Source of the DNA: a candidate division FCPU426 bacterium
Lineage (GTDB): Bacteria > Oederibacteriota > Muellerivitia > Muellerivitales > Muellerivitaceae
NCBI GenBank assembly: GCA_963771075.1
Contig: CAVYSE010000011.1
Coordinates: forward strand, 384,001-448,000
DNA: 64,000 bases
Reading direction: 5' to 3'
The notes below the pieces were generated by a model that did not search any database, was not told the origin of the DNA, and worked only from the letters and a program-made list of their open reading frames with translations. The position numbers and the translations under genes were made by a program. This document shows positions 1 to 9,402 of this stretch, in pieces (the first letter of the stretch is position 1; each line of letters begins with the position of its first letter).

Positions 1-250
1 CTACTTTGGCATCCATCACGCCCATTGGATCCTTTCCTTTCAAACAGTTGGAAGCCATTTCGTAATGATGGAGGGAGGCACGGAAATCACCTTGAATTCT
101 TTGAACATCAGCGAGACCTAAAGCGGCTTCGGCTTTTTCAAACGGATCAAATAGGTTTTTCAATAGCCTTTTGTACAGGTTTTGGGCTTTCTTAAATTGG
201 GATGAAAGCCTAGCCTGATGGGCCTGGTCAAAGAGTCGAACAGTGTTCAT
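1..250 (-). CDS. TPR-like protein, N-terminal part (runs off window start)
   Basis: Manual translation from ATG at 250 (AGGA upstream): MNTVRLFDQAHQARLSSQFKKAQNLYKRLL...AEAALGLADVQRIQGDFRASLHHYEMA, a TPR-like pattern. No stop before base 1. Confidence 0.6.
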   Translation of the reverse strand, partial: MNTVRLFDQAHQARLSSQFKKAQNLYKRLLKNLFDPFEKAEAALGLADVQRIQGDFRASLHHYEMASNCLKGKDPMGVMDAKV

Positions 251-569
251 GAAAAGTCCTTGGGTGAGGTGGGTTCATCATCGGGATTTCGGTTTTTTTT
301 TCATTAATAAAAAACTTAAAAACCCAAACTAATTGTTATTAAGGTTATACACATTTAAAAATACAAAATAAAAAGTTCTACAATATTGTCGCGTCAATAA
401 AAGCATTGATTTTATTGATCTTTTAAACCTCCCTTATTCAAATTTGAATTTTTTAAATGGCTAATTTTTTGTGGATAAAATTTTTCAAAGTTGTAACAAG
501 CGACAATTTCGTAGCCTGTTTTTAAGATTTTTATCCATAAATTCATGGAATAACCTTCATTTTCATCAT

Positions 570-585
570 TGGCACGAAACTCGCT
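570..585 (+). promoter_or_regulatory. sigma54 (-24/-12) promoter of amtB1-glnK1
   Basis: TGGCACGAAACTCGCT: GG-N10-GC with a TGGCACG core, about 60 nt before amtB1. Confidence 0.8.
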
Positions 586-643
586 TTCCTAAGCCTGTTT
601 TGCTCCGAGAGAGAGCGAATTTTGCCGAAAAGGAGATTGAAGA

Positions 644-2029
644 ATGAGTTTTCTTAAAACTTTTGCCCCGGTTTTGAGGGGGAATGGGATCAGATTGGCC
701 CTGATCGGCTTCACCTTGGGACTGACAATCAACGCTTTGGCTCAACAGGCTCCGGCCGCGTCCGTTCCGGCGCAAGCCCCTGCGGCTGCGCCTGCCGCCG
801 CGACCCAGGCAGCGCCAGTGGCTCCGGCCATCAGCGCGGGCGACACAGCTTGGGTGCTAACTTCCGCTGCTCTCGTGCTTTTGATGACGCCCGGGTTGGC
901 TTTCTTTTATGGCGGGATGGTGCGCAGGAAAAACGTTCTGGCCACAATCATGCAGAGTTTTTTCCTGGTGGCCTTGATCAGCGTGCAATGGGTCATCTGG
1001 GGCTACTCCTTGGCCTTCAGCCCGGGGAGCACTCCTTACATTGGAAGTCTTGATTGGCTCTTTCTGCACAATATGCCAGCGGTGAGCTCCAACGCTCCGA
1101 CCATCCCCCATTATGCCTACATGATATTCCAGGCCATGTTCGCCATCATTACCCCGGCCCTGATCTGCGGGGCTTATGCTGAGCGTGTGAACTTCAAGGG
1201 CTTCGTTGTCTTCTCGCTTCTGTGGGCCACTTTCGTTTACGACCCGATCGCTCACTGGGTCTGGGGCGGTGGTTTCTTTAGCAACGCGCTTGATTTTGCC
1301 GGCGGCACGGTTGTTCATATGTCCTCCGGATATTCAGCCCTTACTCTGGCGCTTCTTCTGGGGACCCGGAAGGGATACGGGAAGAATCCCATGGTTCCCC
1401 ACAACCTAACCCTGGTCCTTTTGGGCGCGAGCCTGCTGTGGTTCGGTTGGTTCGGTTTCAACGCTGGTTCCGCCTGTGCCGCCAACTCTCTGGCTTGCAA
1501 CGCCTTCGTCACCACCAATACGGCAACTGCCATGGCGGCAATCACTTGGTGCCTCATCGAATTGTTTCATCACGGCAAGGCTACTTCCCTTGGAGCTGCT
1601 TCGGGCGCGGTGGCTGGACTGGTTGCCATCACCCCGGCTTGCGGTTATGTGGATGTGATGGGGGCGTTGATCATCGGCTTCATCGTTTCCTTCCTCTGCT
1701 ATGCGGCCATCCAAATCAAGGTCAAGATGGGCTATGACGACTCGCTGGACGCCTTTGGGGTTCATGGGGTGGGTGGGACCTGGGGCGCCTTGGCCACCGG
1801 CCTTTTCGCTTTGAAATCCATCAACGGGACCGATGGCTGGTTCGCCGGCAACCCGGCCCAATTTTTCATCCAACTCAAGACCGTGGGTTGCACGGCGGTT
1901 TACTCCGTCCTTTGCACGATCGTCCTCTTCTTGCTGGTGGAGAAAACCATCGGCTTGCGTGTTTCCGCGAGGGATGAGGAAGTGGGTTTGGACCTGTCCC
2001 AACATGGGGAAGAGGGATACAACTTCTAA
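644..2029 (+). CDS. amtB: Ammonium transporter Amt (copy 1)
   Basis: LMTPGLAFFYGGMVR, FQAMFAIIT, DFAGGTVVH, WFGWFGFNAGS, DDSLDAFGVHG, GLDLSQHGE. Both conserved pore His are present; signal peptide plus Ala/Pro linker. Confidence 0.97.
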   Translation: MSFLKTFAPVLRGNGIRLALIGFTLGLTINALAQQAPAASVPAQAPAAAPAAATQAAPVAPAISAGDTAWVLTSAALVLLMTPGLAFFYGGMVRRKNVLATIMQSFFLVALISVQWVIWGYSLAFSPGSTPYIGSLDWLFLHNMPAVSSNAPTIPHYAYMIFQAMFAIITPALICGAYAERVNFKGFVVFSLLWATFVYDPIAHWVWGGGFFSNALDFAGGTVVHMSSGYSALTLALLLGTRKGYGKNPMVPHNLTLVLLGASLLWFGWFGFNAGSACAANSLACNAFVTTNTATAMAAITWCLIELFHHGKATSLGAASGAVAGLVAITPACGYVDVMGALIIGFIVSFLCYAAIQIKVKMGYDDSLDAFGVHGVGGTWGALATGLFALKSINGTDGWFAGNPAQFFIQLKTVGCTAVYSVLCTIVLFLLVEKTIGLRVSARDEEVGLDLSQHGEEGYNF

Positions 2030-2115
2030 AGAGCAGCCGATAGCTATTGGCTTTTAGCAAGGCATTTAACGGAAGACAAAAATTGGAACACGGAAAGAGC
2101 GTAAAGGAGAAAATA

Positions 2116-2451
2116 ATGAAAAAAGTCGAGGCGGTCATCCGTCCCAGCGCTTTGAGGGATATTTTGGAGAGTTTGAAGAACGTTGGTTATCACGGTGTCA
2201 CCGTGACCGAAGTGCAAGGCCATGGAAAACAAAAAGGCATCACCGAATCCTACCGGGGTCAGAGTGTTGAAAATTTACTGCCCAAGATGGTGATCACCGC
2301 GGTCGTGAACGACAAGGAAGTACCCAAGGTCCTGAAAGCGATCATTGATGCGGCGCGAACGGGTGAAATAGGTGACGGGAAGATATTCGTATCATCGGTT
2401 TCGGATGCCATCCGAATAAGAACCGGTGAAAAAGGACCCAAAGCCTTATAA
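2116..2451 (+). CDS. glnK: PII nitrogen regulator (copy 1)
   Basis: MKKVEAVIRP...QGHGKQKG...YRG...RTGEIGDGKIFV...IRIRTGE. ATG 2116 follows AAGGAG; directly after amtB. Confidence 0.93.
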   Translation: MKKVEAVIRPSALRDILESLKNVGYHGVTVTEVQGHGKQKGITESYRGQSVENLLPKMVITAVVNDKEVPKVLKAIIDAARTGEIGDGKIFVSSVSDAIRIRTGEKGPKAL

Positions 2452-2465
2452 GCTGATTTTTAGTA

Positions 2466-2503
2466 AAAAAGAGGCCTGGAGGACTCCCTCCGGGCCTTTT
2501 TTT
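2466..2503 (+). terminator. Rho-independent terminator
   Basis: aggcctggagg-act-ccctccgggcct followed by a T tract. Confidence 0.85.
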
Positions 2504-2647
2504 GCTTCAATCGCCTCAAAAACCCTCGATTTTTGCTTATTTAACTGCCCGAACTATGATTTTAAATATGTTACAAAATTGTAGATTCGATTAGTCTTTC
2601 TAAGCTTTTGGCGTTTTTTCGTCAAAACCTCAAGGAGTGATCGAGAA

Positions 2648-3967
2648 ATGAAATTACGAAGCGTGTTTTGGTGGTCTCTCAGCTTCTTCGGTTTGGCGGT
2701 CTTAGCCACCGCCCAAACCCCGGCAGCCCCTGTGGCGGCTGCGGCCCCGGCAGGGCCGGTGATCAGCGCGGGTGATACCGCGTGGGTTTTGGTTTCCACG
2801 GCCCTAGTCATGTTGATGACCCCGGGCTTGGGACTTTTCTACGGTGGGATGGTACGGCGCAAGAATGTGCTCTCCACCATCATGCAGAGCTTTTTTCTCG
2901 TCGCTCTAATCAGCATCCAGTGGGTGTTGTGGGGATATTCCACGTCCTTTTCACCGGGGACCGAATACATCGGGGGCTTGGGTTGGGCTTTCTTAAGGAA
3001 CATCGGCCCCGTCAGCTCGAATGCTCCGACCATCCCTCACCTGGCTTTCATCCTCTTCCAGGCCATGTTCGCGGTCATCACTCCCGCACTCATCACCGGC
3101 GCCTACGCCGAAAGGGTGAGCTTCAAGGGCTTTCTTCTCTTCTCCCTTCTCTGGGCCGCCCTGGTCTATGATCCCATCTGCCACTGGGTTTGGAGTAGTG
3201 GTGGGTGGTGGGCCAAGATGGGTGGTCTCGATTTCGCGGGGGGAGTGGTGGTTCACATCAGCGCCGGTTTTTCCGCACTGGCTTTAGCTCTACTCCTGGG
3301 AATACGTCGAGGGTACGGCAAGGAGACCATGGTGCCGCATAACATGACCATGGTCATCACCGGTACTGGCCTTTTGTGGTTCGGCTGGTTCGGGTTCAAC
3401 GCGGGCTCGGCCCTGGCTGCCAATAACGTGGCCTGCAGCGCTTTCCTGGCCACCAATACGGCGGGCGCCATGGCGACCCTGGTCTGGTGCCTGTTGGAAA
3501 GCATGCACCGCGGGAAGGCAACCACCCTGGGCGCAGCCTCGGGGGCCATCGCGGGATTGGCGGCGGTCACTCCCGCCTCGGGCTACGTGGATATGTGGGG
3601 CGCTCTTTGCATCGGCGCTATCGCCAGCCTGGTTTGCTACAGCGCGATCCTGGTGAAGATCAAGTGGGGCTATGACGACTCCCTGGACGCCTTTGGGGTA
3701 CACGGGGTCGGCGGGTTCTGGGGAACGCTGGCGGTGGGGCTTTGGGCCTGCCCGGCCGTGAACGGGAAGGCCGGTTGGTTTTATGGCAACTCGAACCAAT
3801 TTTTCATCCAACTGGGGATGGCCGGCGCGGCCGCGGTCTATTCATTGGGCGTGACCATGATCCTGTATCTCATCGTGGAAAAGACCGTGGGATTCCGGGC
3901 CCAGACCAAGGACGAGGACATGGGGCTGGACATCACCCAGCATGGTGAAGAGGGTTACAACTACTAA
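2648..3967 (+). CDS. amtB: Ammonium transporter Amt (copy 2)
   Basis: Same Amt motifs as copy 1 (DFAGGVVVH, FGVHG, GLDITQHGE). Confidence 0.97.
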   Translation: MKLRSVFWWSLSFFGLAVLATAQTPAAPVAAAAPAGPVISAGDTAWVLVSTALVMLMTPGLGLFYGGMVRRKNVLSTIMQSFFLVALISIQWVLWGYSTSFSPGTEYIGGLGWAFLRNIGPVSSNAPTIPHLAFILFQAMFAVITPALITGAYAERVSFKGFLLFSLLWAALVYDPICHWVWSSGGWWAKMGGLDFAGGVVVHISAGFSALALALLLGIRRGYGKETMVPHNMTMVITGTGLLWFGWFGFNAGSALAANNVACSAFLATNTAGAMATLVWCLLESMHRGKATTLGAASGAIAGLAAVTPASGYVDMWGALCIGAIASLVCYSAILVKIKWGYDDSLDAFGVHGVGGFWGTLAVGLWACPAVNGKAGWFYGNSNQFFIQLGMAGAAAVYSLGVTMILYLIVEKTVGFRAQTKDEDMGLDITQHGEEGYNY

Positions 3968-4052
3968 GTCTTTCACTGGGAAGGGCCGTCTTGAGAAGTC
4001 TCCGGCCCCGCGCACATAATGGTTAGGGAAAAAAAGAGCAAAGGGGACATAC

Positions 4053-4400
4053 ATGAAATCGAGCATCAAGAAGATCGAGGCGGTCATCCGCCCCAGCGCC
4101 CTTCGGGCGGTGTTGGATGGGCTTAAATCCGTCGGGTATCCGGGGGTAATGGTGACCGACGTGCAGGGCCACGGCAAACAGAGGGGAATAACGGAAAATT
4201 ACAGGGGCCAAAGCGTGGAGGGTCTTTTGCAGAAACTCCTGGTCACCACGGTGGTTCAAGATAAGGACGTGAAGAAAGTGGTCCAGATCCTGGTCACGAC
4301 GACCCGTACCGGCGAAATTGGGGATGGAAAAATATTTATTTCTCCGGTGGAGGATGTGATCCGCGTCCGTACGGGGGAAAAGGGAACCAAGGCGCTGTAA
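4053..4400 (+). CDS. glnK: PII nitrogen regulator (copy 2)
   Basis: KKIEAVIRP, QGHGKQRG, RTGEIGDGKIFI, VIRVRTGE. Confidence 0.93.
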   Translation: MKSSIKKIEAVIRPSALRAVLDGLKSVGYPGVMVTDVQGHGKQRGITENYRGQSVEGLLQKLLVTTVVQDKDVKKVVQILVTTTRTGEIGDGKIFISPVEDVIRVRTGEKGTKAL

Positions 4401-4424
4401 TCGCCTTTAACCAATCTTTACAAT

Positions 4425-4461
4425 GGCCCTTCCCGGTTCAAATGGGAAGGGCCTTTTTTTT
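4425..4461 (+). terminator. Rho-independent terminator
   Basis: ggcccttccc...gggaagggcc followed by a T tract. Confidence 0.85.
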
Positions 4462-4471
4462 GGGGTAAAAC

Positions 4472-5467
4472 ATGAACAAAAAATGGATGGGTTTGTTTCT
4501 TTTCGTTTTCTTCAACGGGTGGGCGCTTGGATTTACGCAAGGGACCCCGCCGTCCATTCAAGTCTTGCCTTGGAATGGACACCGTGCCGCGATTTCCTTG
4601 ACCTTTGACGACGGCGACCCCTCCCATTTGGACGTGGCTTTACCCGAATTGAATTCCCGCGGCCTTAAGGCCACCTTTTTCATCATCGGCAACAAGATCG
4701 ACCGGAAGGATGACTGGCGGAAGATCCTTATCGCGGGTCACGAGATAGGCAATCACAGCTTGGACCACCTCCATACCTCGGACCTGAAAACTCCACGCGA
4801 CCTGGAAGCCCAGGTGGTCGGGTCCCAAAATGTCCTCCAAAAAGAATTCGGAGTTTCGCTTTATACCTACGCTTATCCCTTCACCGAAACGACCCCTGAG
4901 TTGGAATCCCTGGTGGGAAAAACCCATTTATTGGCCCGAGGGGGATGGGGCCAAGGCCAGTCGGACTTGAAACCGGAGGCGGAACCCGATTGGTTAAACC
5001 TGCCGTCCCGAATGACCCAAACGAACCTGCCCTGGGTAACCTATCAGTCTTGGTTGGACGCCGACTTAAAGGACGGCGCCTGGATGATATTTACCATCCA
5101 CGGGTTGGAGGGAACCCCCTGGGGCTGGCAACCCATTAGACGGGCCATGTTGACCCAAATCCTCGACTTTCTTTCAAAGAATGACTATTGGGTCGATACC
5201 CTCATGCGCGTGGGAAGCTATTTCCGAGCCCAAAAAATTTTCGAGAAGGCCTCGGCCGAACCGATGGGGAATGGGGTCCGGTACCGGTGGCAGGTTCCCG
5301 GCGTCTTTCCCCCGGGCGTGACACTTCGGGTGAGGATGGCTCCTTCCAACCCGGCCGGTCGGAGCCTGGCGCCCAGCCAAGATGGGAAGTCGTTGAAGGA
5401 AGACGGGACGGGAGTCTATACCGTCGAATTCAACCGCGGTGAATTGACATTTCTGCCCAAAAGTTGA
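4472..5467 (+). CDS. Secreted polysaccharide deacetylase (CE4/NodB-like)
   Basis: Signal peptide; TFDDG, ATFF, HEIGNHSLDH, YAYPF and FTIHG motifs. Confidence 0.85.
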   Translation: MNKKWMGLFLFVFFNGWALGFTQGTPPSIQVLPWNGHRAAISLTFDDGDPSHLDVALPELNSRGLKATFFIIGNKIDRKDDWRKILIAGHEIGNHSLDHLHTSDLKTPRDLEAQVVGSQNVLQKEFGVSLYTYAYPFTETTPELESLVGKTHLLARGGWGQGQSDLKPEAEPDWLNLPSRMTQTNLPWVTYQSWLDADLKDGAWMIFTIHGLEGTPWGWQPIRRAMLTQILDFLSKNDYWVDTLMRVGSYFRAQKIFEKASAEPMGNGVRYRWQVPGVFPPGVTLRVRMAPSNPAGRSLAPSQDGKSLKEDGTGVYTVEFNRGELTFLPKS

Positions 5468-5610
5468 CCAAGTTTAAGGTTACGCCCTTGTATCCTTTGG
5501 AGAAGATTTAGAAACTTATTTGACAGGCCTGGAAAATTTTTAAAACTATTTCTTCCTTTGCTCTTTTCAGCATGGCAAAAGAACCCCGCGATTTCTAAAA
5601 TAAGCCGCGA

Positions 5611-5624
5611 TGAAAACGTTTTTT
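5611..5624. promoter_or_regulatory. Putative LacI-family operator
   Basis: TGAAAACGTTTTTT, a CG-centred palindrome typical of LacI/GalR/CcpA sites, about 75 nt upstream of the LacI gene. Confidence 0.55.
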
Positions 5625-5699
5625 TGCGTTTGATCGGTTCAGCCTTGCTGGTAAATCTCAATACCAATTAACGGATTTCGATCTTAGGAGAATATCACC

Positions 5700-6713
5700 G
5701 TGGCCACCATTAAGGATGTCGCCAAGCGAGCGGGAGTCACCATAGGAACAGTTTCCCGGGTCTTGAACAACAAAAAATGGGTCAGCGACGATTGCCGGAC
5801 AAAGGTCCAGGCCGCCATCAAGGATCTTCACTACAAACCCCAAGCCCATGCACGCCGCCTACGGCAAAAGCATTCTCAAATATGCGGGTTGATCGCACCC
5901 CACCACACCGCCATTTTCCGCAGTTCCTTTTTCACCAGCATCCTCGAGGGGATCGAGGAAGTGGCCGCCGAGAAACAGTACCGGCTCCTGCTTCACCCCC
6001 TGAACGAGACTGCGCGCGCCCAGATCTCCTACCGGGCCCTTTTGGGGGACGGCAGCGTGGATGGGATGTTCGTGCTGAACGCATGGTCCAGCGATGTTTC
6101 CATCCGGGAATTGGCGGAGGCCAATGTACCCTTCGTTTTGGTCAATGGAAAGATCACGGGACAGGACGACATGCCTTACGTGGGTTTCGACAACAAGAAG
6201 GGGGTGCAAAAGGCGGTGGAATACCTCGTCGGCCTGGGGCACCAGCGAATCGGTATCATCAACGGCCGCATGACCACTACCAACGCCTTGGAAAGGTTTC
6301 AGGGCTTTCAAGAGAACCTCGCGATACACCAACTGGATTTCCACCAGGAATGGACCGCCGACGGGGACTATGAGGAGGAGGGCGGCTACCGGGCGGCCTT
6401 GAAAATTTTATCGGCGGTCAGCCGGCCCAGCGCGATCATCTGCGCCAGCGACTTGATGGCCATGGGTGCCATCCGGGCCTTGAAAGACAAGGGAATCTCC
6501 GTGCCGGGGGATATTTCAATAATAGGTTTCGACAACATGGAGGAAGCGGCCTACCACGAGCCGGCCCTCACCACCGTGGCCTTTTCGCCCTATGAAATGG
6601 GTAAACTTTCGGCCAAGAAGATGTTCCAAATGATTTCGGGAGAGCCCTTGGCCGTGAAAGCCTCGACGTTGCAGCCCGAATTGATCGAGCGGGAATCGAC
6701 CCGGAAAATTTGA
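5700..6713 (+). CDS. LacI-family transcriptional regulator
   Basis: ATIKDVAKRAGVTIGTVSRVLN HTH; sugar-binding domain ending ISIIGFDN...PALTTV...LIERES. Confidence 0.95.
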   Translation: MATIKDVAKRAGVTIGTVSRVLNNKKWVSDDCRTKVQAAIKDLHYKPQAHARRLRQKHSQICGLIAPHHTAIFRSSFFTSILEGIEEVAAEKQYRLLLHPLNETARAQISYRALLGDGSVDGMFVLNAWSSDVSIRELAEANVPFVLVNGKITGQDDMPYVGFDNKKGVQKAVEYLVGLGHQRIGIINGRMTTTNALERFQGFQENLAIHQLDFHQEWTADGDYEEEGGYRAALKILSAVSRPSAIICASDLMAMGAIRALKDKGISVPGDISIIGFDNMEEAAYHEPALTTVAFSPYEMGKLSAKKMFQMISGEPLAVKASTLQPELIERESTRKI

Positions 6714-6733
6714 ATTAAAAAAACCCATTATTT

Positions 6734-6808
6734 TAGAGACACGGGGTCAAAATTAACCCACTACCTAATTTAAAATCCCTTAGTTTCTCCCTGTCTCCGC
6801 GGCGAAAA
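6734..6808. repeat. CACAGAG-type periodic inverted-repeat element (degenerate)
   Basis: agagacacgggg ... ctccctgtctccgcggcgaaaa; same family as 8801, 10873 and 21134. Confidence 0.5.
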
Positions 6809-6822
6809 TATTTTGAGAAAAA

Positions 6823-6852
6823 CAATAAACCCGGTACACACCGGGTTTTTTT
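6823..6852 (+). terminator. Rho-independent terminator after lacI
   Basis: aaacccggt-acac-accgggttt followed by Ts. Confidence 0.8.
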
Positions 6853-6969
6853 ATTTGGGCAGTAACTCTTAGGGCTCGGGTTGGGGTATAAAAGGGCATG
6901 GGAAAATTAATGAATCATTCAAATATTCACCTCAGAGACACAGAGGCACAGGGAAAAGTTTATTATTCG

Positions 6970-8775
6970 ATGTCAGCAAAACCAAAAATCCAATTTAGAG
7001 AATTGTCCGTAAAACTTTTAATACTTGCCGTTTTATCCCTATTTACAAATCCGGTATGGCCACAAATGCCTGGGCCGCAAGGGGAGGTTTTCGGTCAAGC
7101 CATTCCTTCGGTTCAACCGATAGCTCCCGGTTCGACCTTTACGGCGGCGGTGGTGCTACAAATCCAGCCAGGCTGGCACATCAATGCCCATGATGGACTA
7201 CCGGAGGGCTTCATCCCCCTGACGGTTGCCCCGGTATCCGGGTCTCCCTTGAGCGTTACAGGAAATGTCCGGTATGAGGAAGGTATCCCTAAAACCCTCG
7301 CGGGGGAAACGAAACCCTTTCCGGTCTACCAGAAAAGCGCAACCCTCTTTTTGGACCTGGTTTTGGATCCTCGAACCCCACCGGGCAGGCTCCCCGCAAA
7401 AATTCAAATCCATTACCAGGCCTGCAACGACCAAATTTGCCTGGCCCCCGCCTCTTTGACCCTTGACCTTAACCTCATCGTGGGCCAGCCCGGGCAGGCG
7501 GTGACGCCGGTTAACCCCGAGGTTTTCAACAACCCCCGCGCCTCTGCGGCCAGCCCCGCGACGGAGAACATCATTTCCCGTTTCTTCCGTGAAAAGGGTC
7601 TTTTCTTAACTTTCCTTTTGATCTTCTTGGGCGGGCTGGCCCTGAATATGACCCCTTGCGTCTATCCCATGATTCCCCTGACGGTTTCCTATTTCGGATC
7701 CCAAAAGGCCGAAAAACCCATGGTGATCCTGAACCGGGCCATCGCTTACGTGATAGGTATTTCCCTCACCTATTCCGGTCTGGGGGTGACGGCCGCCTTG
7801 ACCGGGAAGATATTGGGTTCCACCCTACAATCCCCCGTGGTCCTAGTGGGAATCTCCCTGGTCTTAGTGATCCTTTCCTTATCCATGTTTGGGCTTTATG
7901 AAATCCAAGCCCCTAGCTGGCTTTTAAACAAGGTCGCCGCGGGAAACACCCAAGGTTGGTTGGGGGCCCTGGGAATGGGTTTGGTCTTTGGCATCGTGGC
8001 CGCGCCTTGTGTGGACCCATTTTCCATCGGTCTCCTCACCTATGTGGCCGCCAAGGCCAACCCCTTCCTGGGGTTCATCCTTTTTTTCACCCTGTCCTTG
8101 GGGTTGGGGTTCCCCTATCTGTTGCTGGGGTTTTTCTCGGGAGAGTTGGGCCGCCTGCCCAAGGCCGGGACCTGGATGGTTTGGGTTAAGAAGGTCTTCG
8201 GCTTAGTGCTTTTAGGGATGCCGCTTTACTTTTTGGCTCCGCTACTGCCTGATGGGTTCAACCGGATTGCCGTTCCCGCCTACCTGGGAATGGGCGGTTT
8301 CCTGTTAGGCTGGGTCTTCGCTGGCGGTTCCGTGGCGTTGGGGTTTAAAAGATTCCAACGAATGGCCGGGGTCCTTCTGATCCTGGGGGGCGTGGGCCTA
8401 TTCCAGGTATGGCCCAAACCGGCGGAAAGTTATTTCGCCCCTTACGATCCCGCGTTGCTTTCCCAAGCCCAGACCCAAGGGAAACCAGTCCTGGTGGATT
8501 TCTCCGCTTCCTGGTGCATCCCCTGCAAGGAACTGGAACTGAAGACTTTCTCCGACCCGAATGTGAGAGAGGCTCTGAAACCTTGGGTGCTTTTAAAGGC
8601 GGACCTGACCCAATATTCCTCCGGGCCAGTGGAGGCTTTGAAGAAACAATTCGGCATCATGGGTGTGCCAACTCTGGTGTTTGTGGGGCCGGATGGTAAA
8701 GAAAGGCAGGAACTTAGATCGGTGGGGTTTGTTTCTGCGCATGAGCTACTTCAGAAGATCGAAAAAAATCGTTAA
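6970..8775 (+). CDS. dsbD: Thiol:disulfide interchange protein DsbD
   Basis: Alpha domain QACNDQIC, TM domain TPCVYPM and AAPCVDP, thioredoxin WCIPC. Start is uncertain: the ORF-track start at 6898 runs through a repeat element. Confidence 0.92.
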   Translation: MSAKPKIQFRELSVKLLILAVLSLFTNPVWPQMPGPQGEVFGQAIPSVQPIAPGSTFTAAVVLQIQPGWHINAHDGLPEGFIPLTVAPVSGSPLSVTGNVRYEEGIPKTLAGETKPFPVYQKSATLFLDLVLDPRTPPGRLPAKIQIHYQACNDQICLAPASLTLDLNLIVGQPGQAVTPVNPEVFNNPRASAASPATENIISRFFREKGLFLTFLLIFLGGLALNMTPCVYPMIPLTVSYFGSQKAEKPMVILNRAIAYVIGISLTYSGLGVTAALTGKILGSTLQSPVVLVGISLVLVILSLSMFGLYEIQAPSWLLNKVAAGNTQGWLGALGMGLVFGIVAAPCVDPFSIGLLTYVAAKANPFLGFILFFTLSLGLGFPYLLLGFFSGELGRLPKAGTWMVWVKKVFGLVLLGMPLYFLAPLLPDGFNRIAVPAYLGMGGFLLGWVFAGGSVALGFKRFQRMAGVLLILGGVGLFQVWPKPAESYFAPYDPALLSQAQTQGKPVLVDFSASWCIPCKELELKTFSDPNVREALKPWVLLKADLTQYSSGPVEALKKQFGIMGVPTLVFVGPDGKERQELRSVGFVSAHELLQKIEKNR

Positions 8776-8800
8776 GACCAATCAAGAAGAAAAGACTTCT

Positions 8801-8895
8801 CCGCAAAGGCGCAGAGACACAGAGGACGCAAAGAATAACAAAGGCGTTTTTTGGGGGCGAAGAAATATTGGTTTAACTGTGACTCTGTGGTAAAA
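8801..8895. repeat. CACAGAG-type periodic inverted-repeat element
   Basis: ccgcaaagg-cgcagagac-acagaggac-gcaaag ... ctgtgactctgtggtaaaa. Confidence 0.65.
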
Positions 8896-8907
8896 GCCCG
8901 AAATGTT

Positions 8908-9129
8908 TTAATCTTCCTCGATTAAGTGAAATTCTCGGTGGGGCGCGGCGCAAGAAGGGCAATAGTCGGGGACCCCGCATTTGCGGTGGGCCAGGAGACC
9001 GCATTGGCCACAACGCCAAAGAAGTTCCCGCAAATCAGAAACGGCGTCATAAGTGAATTGGTTGAGGATCTTGATCTTTGACTCGAACTTGAACCCATTG
9101 GTCATTCGATTTCCTTCCGTGAACCACAT
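8908..9129 (-). CDS. Small rubredoxin-like (CxxC...CPxC) protein
   Basis: WRCGQCG...PDYCPSCAAPHREF; AGGTGG upstream. Confidence 0.65.
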   Translation of the reverse strand: MWFTEGNRMTNGFKFESKIKILNQFTYDAVSDLRELLWRCGQCGLLAHRKCGVPDYCPSCAAPHREFHLIEED

Positions 9130-9402
9130 CTCAAACTACCCACCTACTTTATGCCTGGAACATTGGAAGGGAACCTTTCCGGATGTTAAATCAGGTTAAA
9201 CAAATAACCATGGTGTTTTCGCAATTTGGCTTAAAGGGCTTTGTGAAAGCGATACAAGCAGTGAAGTTTTTAGGGGCGTTTTCGAAAACTCAATGAATTT
9301 GACGCTAAAATTTCAGTATTCAATCCTGACAAGGAACAATTCAAAAGGTTTCATGACCTGCTTTATTTAGGTTTCGCGATTTTAGTTTGTTTTAGGCGGA
9401 GT

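Noticed and set aside
2609..2625. sigma54 promoter for amtB2 (TGGCGTTTTTTCGTC)
   Set aside because: Lacks the GC at -12 with the required 10-nt spacing.
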